A DNA stretch of 64,000 nt from an uncultured Eubacteriales bacterium (GTDB lineage Bacteria; Bacillota; Clostridia; Oscillospirales; CAG-272): NCBI GenBank assembly GCA_948467545.1, contig CAOKER010000006.1, positions 664 to 64,663 of the forward strand, in the 5' to 3' direction. Of the stretch, positions 9,081 through 19,396 are shown one piece after another. The position numbers and the translations under genes are program-made. Under the pieces are notes generated by a model that saw only the letters and a program-made list of their open reading frames with translations, searched no databases and was not told where the DNA came from. Each line of letters opens with the position of its first letter. Position 1 is the first letter of the stretch.

Positions 9081-11516
9081 TTACTTAAGCCTCATACGAT
9101 AAGATAAAATATCCTCCGTCCCTGTCTTCCACAGCTCAATATACTCGGTATCCTCTCCTCCCGAATTACGGTTTAATTCAGCAATTCTCTCTGTTCCGAA
9201 CAGAATCAGCTCCGTCTCAGCCGCATTAAATCTCACCGACTGTTTCGCGGCGGGAGAATAAGAGCCTATAACGGCATAATCGGGATTCTTAAGTCTGCCG
9301 ACGCTTTTGCGGCCGTCTGCCCTTATGCAGTCACGCTCGGAACCGGCAATATACGAAAAGCTCTTTCCGTTTTCTTCTTCGGGGTATATATCAAAAGAGA
9401 CAACGGGAACGGACGATCTGCTCAAAACAGTATATTCCGTCACAGAAAAGATATAACCGCCCAAATTAATTCTGCCGCCGCACCCGTAATAAGCTACTTT
9501 TACGCCGCATGTATCCGCAATACGTACAGCAGCGTTGGAAAAACTGTGGTCGTCATCATCAAGCGGTTCTGGAAGATAAATTACAGAAAAATCCCCTGAG
9601 GGTAAAATCTTTTTCAGGGATGAAATATACCTCTTGTGAAGATGTGTAAGGACAAGAACCGAAGGAAACTCATTTCCGCTTTCATAAACAAGCGTTTCCC
9701 TTGCGTTCAGAATCAACTCCCGACTACCGTCAGAGATATCAATTATCGCACTCTCTGAGCTGTCGCGCAATAAAAAGCATTCTTTTTCATCCGAAACAAA
9801 ATACACAAGCTCAGATACATTGTTAAACAGCGACGAAAAAAGACAGGAGGCCGCAGCCGCAGAAATAAGGAACACGGAAATTATGCAGCATCCAATCTTA
9901 AGCTTGCCGTACTTCCGTTTTTTAACACGTCCGACAAAAAGAAATACAGCCGTCACAATTGCCGCAGAAACAACTCCCGCACCAAATATTGCAGGAGAAT
10001 ATATATTATTCATTGAAACCGAAGTACCTATTTTATCTGAGAGCAAAAAGGAAAGCGAGCTCACAGCACAGGACAGCGCGGAAACTAAAGCCGCAAAAAA
10101 TCTGCCAACGGGAGAAAGCAATCCGGAAAGCAAGATAAACGGAGACATTGAAAGCAGCAGAGACGTAAGCGGAACGAGAAGTAAATTTGCCGCCGCCGAA
10201 AAAACCGAAAAGCTCCCAAACATAATTATTGTTACAGGAAGCGAAAACAGCGTAGCCGATACGCTCATATTTATGAGGGATCCGAAATACTCAAATACTC
10301 CGATAAAAACACCGCGCAAATACGCCGTAACAGTATTTTTCGTCTCTTTTGCGTTAAGAGCATCGCACAGTGACGTTAGCCTGCCATTCAACTCCGCGCC
10401 TAAAGTAATTATCCCCAAAGTCGTAACAAATGAAAGAATCAGTCCCACATCTGCAGATGATAACGGATTTACAGCAATCAGCACAGCTGCCGCAGTAAAA
10501 AGTGAGGTAATCGAATCGCCCTCTCTTCCAAATGTAAACGCAGCTCTTGACAGAGTAAGCATAAGAGCCGCACGAAGAATCGACGGAGAAAATCCCGTAA
10601 GAGCAGCAAAGAAAAACGAAAAAAATATAATCAAAAAACGCCGTACCCGAAAAGGCAGGGCAATCCTTGACATAAGCAGCTCCAAAGATCCGATTATCAG
10701 AGAAAGATGCATTCCGCTTACCGCGAGCAGATGAGAAACTCCAAGCTGTCTGAAATTTTCCGTTAATGAATCCGGCAGTTCGCTCCTGTCACCAAGCATT
10801 ACCGCACGTACAAGTCCGGATGCTTTCTTTCCGACGCGCAAATCCACAACAGAAGAAAGTCTTTGCCTGAATCGAGCAACGGCCGCACCTACAGAATGGC
10901 TGTCTTCCCTATCTTCAAAGCTCCCTTCCAGTGCCTCTATCTTAAGATAACGTCCTTCCGACGCAAAGAAAAGCCGAGATACGGCAGAGTCACCGATATT
11001 GTCATTCTCTGAGATCAAACCTGTTACACAGCCTGTCTCTCCTATCGAAAGATCAGTTTCAAAGTCGGTTGAAAGAAGTCCGCTCAACGCCGTTCTTTTC
11101 CCGTCAATCATACTTATCCGTATTTTGTAGAGCGAGTTGGAAGAGCTGAAGCTCACACATTCCTGAACCGTATATTTTATCTTGGAGTTCTGCCCGGCGT
11201 ATCTTTCAAGCGTCAGCTGCGGCACAGCTTCCAAAAATATATACTGCATAATTATACTCACAGATACAGCCGCTAACGAAAAAGCAAGTGTTTTAATACG
11301 AAATGTCACAAAGCAGTCCGCGCCTTTAGACTTTTTTCGACACAAAAAAATAAATAAAAATGCCGCGACGGCAAACAAAGAGACAGCTAAAGTCCAAATC
11401 ACTGCCCGGTCAGGCGTTATCGAAGAAATTTCAAAACACACGGATAAACAAAACGACGAAAAAATAAAACAGCAAAAAACAAAACAAGCGGGACGAGTGT
11501 CAAAAAATTCTCTCAT
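9081..11516 (-). CDS. comEC: ComEC/Rec2 family competence membrane protein
   Basis: LGDRS..GVSHLLAVSGMH..PSILRA..NLLLVP; many transmembrane segments. Confidence 0.9.
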   Translation of the reverse strand: MREFFDTRPACFVFCCFIFSSFCLSVCFEISSITPDRAVIWTLAVSLFAVAAFLFIFLCRKKSKGADCFVTFRIKTLAFSLAAVSVSIIMQYIFLEAVPQLTLERYAGQNSKIKYTVQECVSFSSSNSLYKIRISMIDGKRTALSGLLSTDFETDLSIGETGCVTGLISENDNIGDSAVSRLFFASEGRYLKIEALEGSFEDREDSHSVGAAVARFRQRLSSVVDLRVGKKASGLVRAVMLGDRSELPDSLTENFRQLGVSHLLAVSGMHLSLIIGSLELLMSRIALPFRVRRFLIIFFSFFFAALTGFSPSILRAALMLTLSRAAFTFGREGDSITSLFTAAAVLIAVNPLSSADVGLILSFVTTLGIITLGAELNGRLTSLCDALNAKETKNTVTAYLRGVFIGVFEYFGSLINMSVSATLFSLPVTIIMFGSFSVFSAAANLLLVPLTSLLLSMSPFILLSGLLSPVGRFFAALVSALSCAVSSLSFLLSDKIGTSVSMNNIYSPAIFGAGVVSAAIVTAVFLFVGRVKKRKYGKLKIGCCIISVFLISAAAASCLFSSLFNNVSELVYFVSDEKECFLLRDSSESAIIDISDGSRELILNARETLVYESGNEFPSVLVLTHLHKRYISSLKKILPSGDFSVIYLPEPLDDDDHSFSNAAVRIADTCGVKVAYYGCGGRINLGGYIFSVTEYTVLSRSSVPVVSFDIYPEEENGKSFSYIAGSERDCIRADGRKSVGRLKNPDYAVIGSYSPAAKQSVRFNAAETELILFGTERIAELNRNSGGEDTEYIELWKTGTEDILSYRMRLK

Positions 11517-11664
11517 TACACTTCCCCCCGCTCAAATATAACATCCGGACAGCAAGCCGTTCCGCATCGAAAAAAGTAAGTAATTCCCAGCACTAAAATA
11601 AAATGCCTTCCAAACAACGGCACCGTACTTTCTTTAATTCCCGCCCGGCGACAGCCTGTCGAAA

Positions 11665-12087
11665 TTACTCTATTACAACGCCTTTTCTGATAATTATATT
11701 AGCATAAAGTGCCGTTTCGCCCGATGTTACAACGGCATATGCATTTTTTGCACGCTCATAGAAATCAAAACGTTCAATCTGCGTCATCGGCTTATCGGTA
11801 TACTTTCCGGTAATTGCTTTAAATTCATCCCATATAGGAGTTTCAACATTATCTCCCGGAACCTTCTGCATAATATATACCGGATCCGAGTACGTGTCAA
11901 GAGGATAAAGCTTAAGAATCGCTTCGAGAAGTTCCGGAACAGAATGACCGTCTTCCCGTACAAGTCTCTGCGCAACCCTTGCGGCAGGAAAATTGCCGTC
12001 TCCGATTACAAGCTCATCTCCGTGTCCCATTTCCATAAGAATTTTAAGAAGATCCGGTGAAATAATAGACGGAATACCTTTTAACAT
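11665..12087 (-). CDS. fucU: RbsD/FucU family L-fucose mutarotase
   Basis: MLKGIP..MGHGDELVIGDGNFP..RFDFYERAK..YANIIIRKGV. Confidence 0.9.
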   Translation of the reverse strand: MLKGIPSIISPDLLKILMEMGHGDELVIGDGNFPAARVAQRLVREDGHSVPELLEAILKLYPLDTYSDPVYIMQKVPGDNVETPIWDEFKAITGKYTDKPMTQIERFDFYERAKNAYAVVTSGETALYANIIIRKGVVIE

Positions 12088-12295
12088 TTTTCAATACCTC
12101 CATTCCGGCGGTCTCAGCCGCACGGTTTTAACAATATTCAATAGGGACACAGCCCCTTAAATGATGCGTTCCAGCAAGGGACTTGCCCAAACCGAAAAAC
12201 GCAAGCGTCAGCCGCCTATCGAGGCGGAGACAGCTTCATTCAGTTACAATAAGCCGATCTGGCCTTTCCTATAGAAGCGCAGGTTTTCGTATTGA

Positions 12296-12358
12296 GTGAG
12301 CATTTAGTGTAACATTAAGTGTAAATTAGCGTAACATTGAGTGTACATTAATGTACAC
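12296..12358 (+). repeat. Degenerate 11-13-bp tandem array (CATTAGTGTA-like)
   Basis: catttagtgtaa cattaagtgta aattagcgtaa cattgagtgta cattaatgtaca. Confidence 0.65.
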
Positions 12359-12496
12359 CATAAAGAAGCTATTTATAACATAAATAAAATTACGGTCTCT
12401 TAAATGCTGCACCCTTGGCATCCGAGCCGCATATTTGTATTTCAATGCTCTCCGCAACGGTCGGAATCTTTGCTTTCGTACACTGCTTGTTGGATT

Positions 12497-12525
12497 ATTA
12501 TAACATAACTTTATTTTTTTGTAAA
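12497..12525 (-). promoter_or_regulatory. sigma-A promoter for fucU, implying a leader of about 400 nt
   Basis: TTTACA-N17-TATAAT with TG extension on the minus strand. Confidence 0.6.
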
Positions 12526-12547
12526 TAGTATATGCCGAATACGGAAA

Positions 12548-13681
12548 TTAAAGCCTTTCTCCCAAAATGCTTCTGTATTTATTATAAAAAGATTCAAAGC
12601 ATTCTCTGTCAAGCGCGTCACGAATCTTCTGCATCAGTTCATTATAAAAATAGAGATTATGAAGAACACAAAGACGCATACCGAGAATTTCACGCGCTTT
12701 AAATAAGTGTCGGATATATGCTTTCGAGTATCTGCGGCATGCCGGGCATCCGCAGGTTTCGTCAATCGGTGTGGAATCTCTTTGAAATTTTTCGTTCAGA
12801 AGGTTCAGTTTCCCTTTCCATGTGAAAAGATTTCCGTGTCTTGCATTTCTGCTCGGCATAACGCAGTCAAAGAAGTCGACTCCAAGGTGAACGGCTTCAA
12901 GAATATTTACCGGAGTACCGACGCCCATCAGATATCTCGGTTTATCATACGGCATATGCGGTTCAACCGCATCAATAATTCGGTACATCTCGTCGGTATC
13001 TTCTCCGACAGCAAGTCCCCCTATCGCATAACCATCGAGTCCGAGCTCGGCAATCTGTTCCATATGATTTATCCGAAGATCTTCATATGTCGATCCCTGA
13101 TTTATTCCAAAAAGAAGCTGATTCGGATTAATTGTTTCGGGAAGGGAATTGAGACGCTCATGCTCTTCTGCACATCGTACAAGCCAACGGTATGTTCTCT
13201 CACAGGACTTTTTTGCATAATTATACTCAGCCGGATTTTCAACGCATTCATCAAATGCCATTGCGATTGTTGAGGCAAGATTGGACTGAATTCTCATACT
13301 TTCTTCCGGTCCCATAAATATTTTCTTTCCGTCGATATGAGAAGAAAAATATACGCCTTCCTCTTTGATGCTTCTGAGCTTCGCGAGAGAAAACACCTGA
13401 AAGCCTCCGCTGTCCGTAAGCACCGGCCTGTCCCAATTAAAAAATTTATGTATTCCTCCGAGATCACGGATAAGTCCGTCTCCCGGCCTGATATGAAGAT
13501 GGTACGTATTTGAAAGCTCAACCTGACAGCCTATTTCACGCAGGTCAAAGGTCGATATTCCTCCCTTGACGGCCGCACTTGTTCCTACATTCATAAATAC
13601 CGGAGTTTCAATCACGCCGTGAACCGTTTCCATTGTACCGCGGCGTGCTCTGCCCTCGGTTTTCTTTATTTTATATGACAT
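12548..13681 (-). CDS. tgt: Queuine tRNA-guanine transglycosylase
   Basis: ETPVFM, NTYHL, LTDSGGFQVFSL, YLMGVG, DCVMPSRNAR, CxCxxC zinc site. Confidence 0.97.
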   Translation of the reverse strand: MSYKIKKTEGRARRGTMETVHGVIETPVFMNVGTSAAVKGGISTFDLREIGCQVELSNTYHLHIRPGDGLIRDLGGIHKFFNWDRPVLTDSGGFQVFSLAKLRSIKEEGVYFSSHIDGKKIFMGPEESMRIQSNLASTIAMAFDECVENPAEYNYAKKSCERTYRWLVRCAEEHERLNSLPETINPNQLLFGINQGSTYEDLRINHMEQIAELGLDGYAIGGLAVGEDTDEMYRIIDAVEPHMPYDKPRYLMGVGTPVNILEAVHLGVDFFDCVMPSRNARHGNLFTWKGKLNLLNEKFQRDSTPIDETCGCPACRRYSKAYIRHLFKAREILGMRLCVLHNLYFYNELMQKIRDALDRECFESFYNKYRSILGERL

Positions 13682-13780
13682 ATCAATTCCATGCCTTCCT
13701 TTGCATTTATTCAGACAGAAACAGTAAATTTTTACATTCTAAAACCGGCTGACGGCATTTCCTGCGCCCGTTACATCCTC

Positions 13781-16006
13781 TCATATTCTCTTAAACCGAT
13801 GCTCTATATCATGCTTGGTTATTTCAAAGGCAACCGGTCTGCCGTGAGGACAATACCGTATTTTCGGATTATTTACCACCTCGGAGACAATCCACTTAAT
13901 ATGAGATTCGTCGTCTGTACGTCCGGCCTTGACCGCCGCTTTGCAGGAGGCCTGAAACAATGCCTTTTCATATACATTGTTGCGGGAAGTTTCAGCTCCT
14001 CCTCCAACGGACAGCCGCGTTAAAATTTCCGAAAACATATCGAAAGCAGATGCATTGTCAAATTCTGCGGGGACCTGAGTAATTACCGCACAGCATTCAT
14101 TATCAAGAAGCTCAAATGAAAACCCTGTCCGAAGAATTTCATCACGATATTCCGCGGCGGCAGCGTATTCCTCATCAGACAGCTTTATCTTCTCAGGTAT
14201 CAAAAGAACCTGAGAGCAGCTTACGCCGTCATACATATTAGATTTCATTTTTTCAAACAAAATCCGCTCATGCGCCGCATGCTTGTCAATGACAAGAACT
14301 CTGTCTTCAAGTTCGACAAATACATACGCGTCTGCGGCGACACCGATAATGCTGTAACCGATGCTTTTACAGTCCTCCGTATGTTTTTCAGAACAGTCTT
14401 TTTCCGATATATCAAATGCCGCTTCCGTTGTACCGAATTTCTCATCAGCAGCCAAAGCTTTGCTCTCTGAAAAAGTCTCCCCGAATTCTGCACGTGTATT
14501 TTGAAAATACTTGTCTGACCGGATACCGTCCGCGGAATTCCGATTCATTTTCTCCGAGGAATCCCTTTGAAAATCCGACTCCGAACTTTGAAAACAGGTA
14601 CTCGGCACCGTCATTCCGGAGATATGCTCTTTTTCTGACGTCTCCGAGGCTTTATCACCTATACTAAAATTCGGTACTCCACTCTGTTCGGTACGTACGG
14701 AAACATTATCGGTTTCGGGCTCTTCGTAATCAATATCGAGAAGACTGCGGCTGAGCGGTCGTATTTTTTCACCGCGGTCAGGCTGAGGCACAAATGCATT
14801 TATCAGTCTTTCAGCCTTTCTGTCAGGAGTATTACGGTATGTATTTACAAAATTCTCAATTTTCCCTTCTCCCCCGGAAACATCCGAAAACGATTCGGCA
14901 GGAGATTCGGAGTTTCCGCTTTTTTGGGTGCCTCTGATATTTTCGTCCGCCTTTCGGCTCAAACTTGAATCCTCATTACATTTATCATTTTTAATTTCAA
15001 AAACAGGTCTCGTAATACTATGTATCAAAGCACCTCTTACAGCAGAAAAAATTGCGTCAAAAACTACCCGTTCATTTGAAAATTTCACCTCAAGCTTCGA
15101 CGGATGAACATTAACGTCTACAAGAGACGGATGTATCTTTAAATGAAGTACGCAAACCGGAAATTTATCGGCCGGAATGTACGTTTGAAAAGCAGCCTCC
15201 GACGCTGAAGAGGCAGTCATGCTTTTTATATACCGCCCGTTGATAAAAAAGTTTTCTCCTCCGCGGTTCTTTTTTATCAGTTCCGGAGTACCGATATATC
15301 CGTTTACCTCTACGCCGTCAGATTCGCCTCTGACAGCTATCAGCTTTGAAGCATATTCGCGTCCCATTGCAGCATATACCGCACTTTTTAAATTCCCGTC
15401 TCCGGCGGTCTGAAACCGAAGCCTGCCGTCGCATATAAGCTTGAACGAAAGCTCCGGATGCCCCAGCGCTGCTTTTTCCACCGCAGCAGTAACCGCCATT
15501 GTCTCGGCGGCGTCCTTTTTAAGAAATTTTCTGCGTGCAGGTACATTTGCAAAAAGTTCTTCGGCGATAATGGTTGTCCCGTCGGCACAGCCGACATCCT
15601 CCGGCGGAAGCGCGGCTCCCCCGTCGCACTCAATAAGAGTACCTGTTTCATCTTCCCGCCGTTTTGTGAGAATACGAACCTTTGCAACCGACGATATGGC
15701 GGCAAGAGCCTCGCCTCTGAAACCGAGCGTAATAATGTAATTCAAATCGGACGCGTTTTTTATCTTGCTTGTTGCATGACGCTTTATACACAGGGCGGCA
15801 TCTCCGCGTGACATACCGCATCCGTCGTCGGTTACACGCATAAGGGAAACTCCTCCGTTCTTGATTTCCACCGTAATATGAGAAGCCCCCGCATCTATTG
15901 AGTTTTCAACAAGCTCTTTGACAGCAGAGGCAGGTCTCTCAACTACCTCTCCGGCGGCAATAAGATTCGCCACCTTAAAATCAAGTACGTTAATTACATT
16001 CTCCAT
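13781..16006 (-). CDS. mutL: DNA mismatch repair endonuclease MutL
   Basis: IAAGEVVERP, GFRGEAL, DVNVHP, DKHAAHER, SCK, CPHGRP. Confidence 0.97.
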   Translation of the reverse strand: MENVINVLDFKVANLIAAGEVVERPASAVKELVENSIDAGASHITVEIKNGGVSLMRVTDDGCGMSRGDAALCIKRHATSKIKNASDLNYIITLGFRGEALAAISSVAKVRILTKRREDETGTLIECDGGAALPPEDVGCADGTTIIAEELFANVPARRKFLKKDAAETMAVTAAVEKAALGHPELSFKLICDGRLRFQTAGDGNLKSAVYAAMGREYASKLIAVRGESDGVEVNGYIGTPELIKKNRGGENFFINGRYIKSMTASSASEAAFQTYIPADKFPVCVLHLKIHPSLVDVNVHPSKLEVKFSNERVVFDAIFSAVRGALIHSITRPVFEIKNDKCNEDSSLSRKADENIRGTQKSGNSESPAESFSDVSGGEGKIENFVNTYRNTPDRKAERLINAFVPQPDRGEKIRPLSRSLLDIDYEEPETDNVSVRTEQSGVPNFSIGDKASETSEKEHISGMTVPSTCFQSSESDFQRDSSEKMNRNSADGIRSDKYFQNTRAEFGETFSESKALAADEKFGTTEAAFDISEKDCSEKHTEDCKSIGYSIIGVAADAYVFVELEDRVLVIDKHAAHERILFEKMKSNMYDGVSCSQVLLIPEKIKLSDEEYAAAAEYRDEILRTGFSFELLDNECCAVITQVPAEFDNASAFDMFSEILTRLSVGGGAETSRNNVYEKALFQASCKAAVKAGRTDDESHIKWIVSEVVNNPKIRYCPHGRPVAFEITKHDIEHRFKRI

Positions 16007-16032
16007 ATTCCCTTAACTATCCCGCATTTTTA

Positions 16033-18633
16033 TCAGTAAACAAGTTTTTTTAAATCGTACAAAAGCTCAAGTGCATCCCTCGGCGTCATCATATCCATGT
16101 CAAGCTCGGAAATTCGTCTCCGAAGCTCTTCCGTACCAATATCCTCAAAGCTCACATTCTCGCTTTCAGGCGCCTCCTGTTCGTTTTCGGCAAAAAGACG
16201 GTCTGCCGCCTCGCTCTTTTTTTCAAGAGTGCCGAGAATTACCCGAGCACGGCGGATCACTTCTCCGGGAACACCGGCAAGCTTGGCAACCTCAATTCCG
16301 TAGCTGTCATCCGCCGCCCCTTTAACTATACGACGCAGAAAAATTAATTCATCGCCCTTCTTTTTTGCGGCTATCGAATAATTAACTACGCCCGGTATTT
16401 CATCTGCCAAAGCCGTAAGTTCATGGTAATGCGTAGCGAATAAAGTTCTCGCACCGAGTTTTTTACCCGCAGTGTATTCCGCAACGGCACGGGCAATGCT
16501 CATACCGTCAAAGGTACTTGTACCGCGGCCTATTTCATCATATATAATTAAACTGCGCTTTGTCGCGTTTTTAAGAATATACGCAACCTCATTCATTTCA
16601 AGCATAAATGTAGACGTCCCCGACGCAAGATCATCAGACGCCCCGACGCGCGTAAAAAGTCTGTCGACAATTCCGATTCTTGCCGACGAAGCGGGTACAA
16701 ACGAACCAATCTGCGCCATTATTGCAATCAAAGCAACCTGACGCATATATGTAGATTTTCCGGCCATGTTCGGACCTGTAATCAGCATCAGACGGTTATA
16801 ATCCGTATCAAGCATTGTGTCATTGGGAACAAAGCCGCCGCTCTGTACAAACTTTTCAACCACCGGATGTCTGCCGTCATGTATTTCAAGCACATCACTG
16901 TATTCAATTTCGGGACGTACATAATTTTCATCAAAAGCAACGGAAGCCAAAGAACAGTAAACATCAAGAACAGCAAAGCAATCAGCATTTGCCGCGATAA
17001 CATCCGATTTTTCGGAAACCATATCCCTGAGTCCGCAGAAAAGCTCATACTCAAGGGCGTTAAGCTTATCAACTGCGCCGAGAATTGTGGCTTCCATATT
17101 TTTAAGCTCGTCCGTTATATATCTCTCGCCTGTAGTAAGCGTCTGCTTGCGTATATAGTTTTCCGGGACCATAGACACGTAAGATTTTGATACTTCAATA
17201 TAATATCCGAATACACGGTTGTATCCGATTTTCAGCGTTTTTATCCCCGTACGTTCCCGCTCACGCATTTCCATCTGCGTCTTATAGTCCTTAGAATTGC
17301 TGATTATACTCCGCAGCTTATCAACCTCTTCATTATATCCGTCCGCTATCATTCCGCCCTCTCTTACAAGCGCGGAAGCATTTTCCGAAACAGCTCTCAA
17401 AAGAGTCTCAAAAAGCTCCTGCTCAGGAGAGAGCCTGCTGCAGATTCGCCGAAGCTCATCCGCACCGGAGTCTGTCAGAAGCTGTTTCAGATACGGAATT
17501 ACCGACAGCGTTTTTCCGATTGCCAAGAGATCCTTTGCATTTGCCGTTCCGTAGGCGACCTTTGCCATGAGCCGTTCAAGATCAAGAACTCCGGCAAGCG
17601 TCTCGGAAATCTCACTTCTGAGCATAAAATCTCCGCTAAGCTGTTCAACTGCGTCGAGCCGCGCGGAAATTGCGGACGCATTGCGAAGAGGCTTTTCAAT
17701 ATAACGCCTGAGCAAACGCGCTCCCATCGACGTTCTCGTACGATCGAGAACCCATAGAAGCGTACCGCGCTTTTCCCTTCCGCGAATCGTCTCACACAGC
17801 TCAAGATTTCGCCTCGAACTTGCGTCCATCTGAAGATACTGATCCTCGGAATAGAATTTCAAATTCTTGATATTCGGTATCTGCGTGCGGTAAGTTTCCT
17901 CAAGATAACGAAGCATCGCACCGAAAGAGCTTACCGCCGCCGTACTCTCGGCTCCCATTTCGCCTGCAGTCTTTCCAAATCTGTCGGAAATTAGCTCACT
18001 CGCGGATTCGGCGTCAAAATAATCGATTCTGCGGTCGTCAAGCATTCCTCCGAGTCTGACCGAAATATATTCGGAAAGCTGCGGAACGTTTTCCGCCGGA
18101 ACATTGATTAAAACTTCACGCGGCATATATGCAGCCAGCTCATTTATAATCCTCTGAGACATATCGCCGCCGAAAAGAACGGTTCCCCGCGCTTCCGCCG
18201 TAGACACGTCGGCAAAGCAAAGCCCTGCAGAATCCCCGTCAAATGCAATTGTGCAAAGAAAATTATTTTTACCCTCGTCGAGTAAATCCGTTTCAATCAG
18301 TGTTCCCGGCGTAACGATTCTCACTACATCGCGTTTAACAAGACCCTTGGCAGCAGCCGGATCCTCAGTCTGCTCACAGATTACAACCTTGTAGCCCTTA
18401 TTTACCAGTCTGCCTATATATGTCTCACTGCTGTGATAAGGAATTCCGCACATCGGAGCACGTTCTTCAAGACCGCAGTCCTTTCCGGTAAGTACAAGAT
18501 TCAGTTCACGCGACACAAGCTTTGCATCATCATAAAACATCTCATAAAAATCTCCGAGTCTGAAAAAAAGAATCGAATCCTTATACTTTTCCTTGACACT
18601 GAGATACTGCGCCATCATCGGTGTAACCGGCAT
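16033..18633 (-). CDS. mutS: DNA mismatch repair protein MutS
   Basis: TPMMAQY, GDFYEMF, TGPNMAGKST, DEIGRGTST, FATHYHEL. Confidence 0.98.
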   Translation of the reverse strand: MPVTPMMAQYLSVKEKYKDSILFFRLGDFYEMFYDDAKLVSRELNLVLTGKDCGLEERAPMCGIPYHSSETYIGRLVNKGYKVVICEQTEDPAAAKGLVKRDVVRIVTPGTLIETDLLDEGKNNFLCTIAFDGDSAGLCFADVSTAEARGTVLFGGDMSQRIINELAAYMPREVLINVPAENVPQLSEYISVRLGGMLDDRRIDYFDAESASELISDRFGKTAGEMGAESTAAVSSFGAMLRYLEETYRTQIPNIKNLKFYSEDQYLQMDASSRRNLELCETIRGREKRGTLLWVLDRTRTSMGARLLRRYIEKPLRNASAISARLDAVEQLSGDFMLRSEISETLAGVLDLERLMAKVAYGTANAKDLLAIGKTLSVIPYLKQLLTDSGADELRRICSRLSPEQELFETLLRAVSENASALVREGGMIADGYNEEVDKLRSIISNSKDYKTQMEMRERERTGIKTLKIGYNRVFGYYIEVSKSYVSMVPENYIRKQTLTTGERYITDELKNMEATILGAVDKLNALEYELFCGLRDMVSEKSDVIAANADCFAVLDVYCSLASVAFDENYVRPEIEYSDVLEIHDGRHPVVEKFVQSGGFVPNDTMLDTDYNRLMLITGPNMAGKSTYMRQVALIAIMAQIGSFVPASSARIGIVDRLFTRVGASDDLASGTSTFMLEMNEVAYILKNATKRSLIIYDEIGRGTSTFDGMSIARAVAEYTAGKKLGARTLFATHYHELTALADEIPGVVNYSIAAKKKGDELIFLRRIVKGAADDSYGIEVAKLAGVPGEVIRRARVILGTLEKKSEAADRLFAENEQEAPESENVSFEDIGTEELRRRISELDMDMMTPRDALELLYDLKKLVY

Positions 18634-18675
18634 ACCGCCACCCCCTTTTCAATAAAGACTCATTACGCCGTAAAG

Positions 18676-18763
18676 CTTTTTCGGCGGCATATTGCTGCCG
18701 TCGCCGAATTGCTGCCGTCGCCGAATTGCTACCGCCGCCGAATTGCTACCGCCGCCGAAAAAG
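18676..18763. repeat. 4 x 17-bp tandem array (ATTGCTRCCGYCGCCGA) inside a 13-bp inverted repeat, just upstream of mutS
   Basis: Units at 18691, 18708, 18725 and 18742; CTTTTTCGGCGGC ... GCCGCCGAAAAAG. Confidence 0.9.
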
Positions 18764-18943
18764 TCAAAAGCTCTGCTGTAATGACCGCAAAATCCACCTT
18801 TAAAAATCTGTACCTTAAAGCTTAAAGCTGTACGCTTTTAAAGCCTCTGACATACGTCTATTATATAAAATTATTGAAATATATAAAAAATATTTTCCGA
18901 CCGCTTCCGACCGCAAAGCAGGACAGTTATAACTGCTCCGTCA

Positions 18944-19312
18944 TCAGTGACATCCGCCGCAGGAAGAACAATTTCCCCCGCATGAAGAGTGTTCTCCGGT
19001 AATTGCAAAATTAATTTCCTCATTGACCTCGCTCATAAGACGGGATACCTCTTCATTTGCACGCAAATATTCAACATATGCCGGATATCCGATTATCTTC
19101 TCGTACAATGAATCAATTCGTTCCTTTATTGCAGTACGGAAAGCCTCGTCCTCCGTTGACGATATAGCCTGCTGCTGAGCATTATACTCGCTGATATCCG
19201 CCTGAAGAGCAGAATCCGCCTGAAACGCCGCTTCAGCGGCCTGCGCGCGTTTCATAACATCCGTCTTTTTAAGCATATTTCCAAGTTCACGTGCAAGTTC
19301 CATTATCTCCAT
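18944..19312 (-). CDS. YlbF/YmcA (RicA/RicF-like) regulator with Cys-rich tail
   Basis: Helical Com_YlbF-like body ending CGGNCSSCGGCH; sits between miaB and mutS like Bacillus ymcA. Confidence 0.8.
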   Translation of the reverse strand: MEIMELARELGNMLKKTDVMKRAQAAEAAFQADSALQADISEYNAQQQAISSTEDEAFRTAIKERIDSLYEKIIGYPAYVEYLRANEEVSRLMSEVNEEINFAITGEHSSCGGNCSSCGGCH

Positions 19313-19338
19313 AATAAGTCTCCATTTCTCTGTTGTTT

Positions 19339-19360
19339 TTCAATAAGGCGCAAAGCGCCG
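19339..19360 (+). repeat. Dispersed hairpin repeat, core only
   Basis: TTCAATAAGGCGCAAAGCGCCG, identical to 5821-5842. Confidence 0.8.
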
Positions 19361-19396
19361 CCGTGCGGCAATTTTTTACGACAAAGCGGATAAAAA

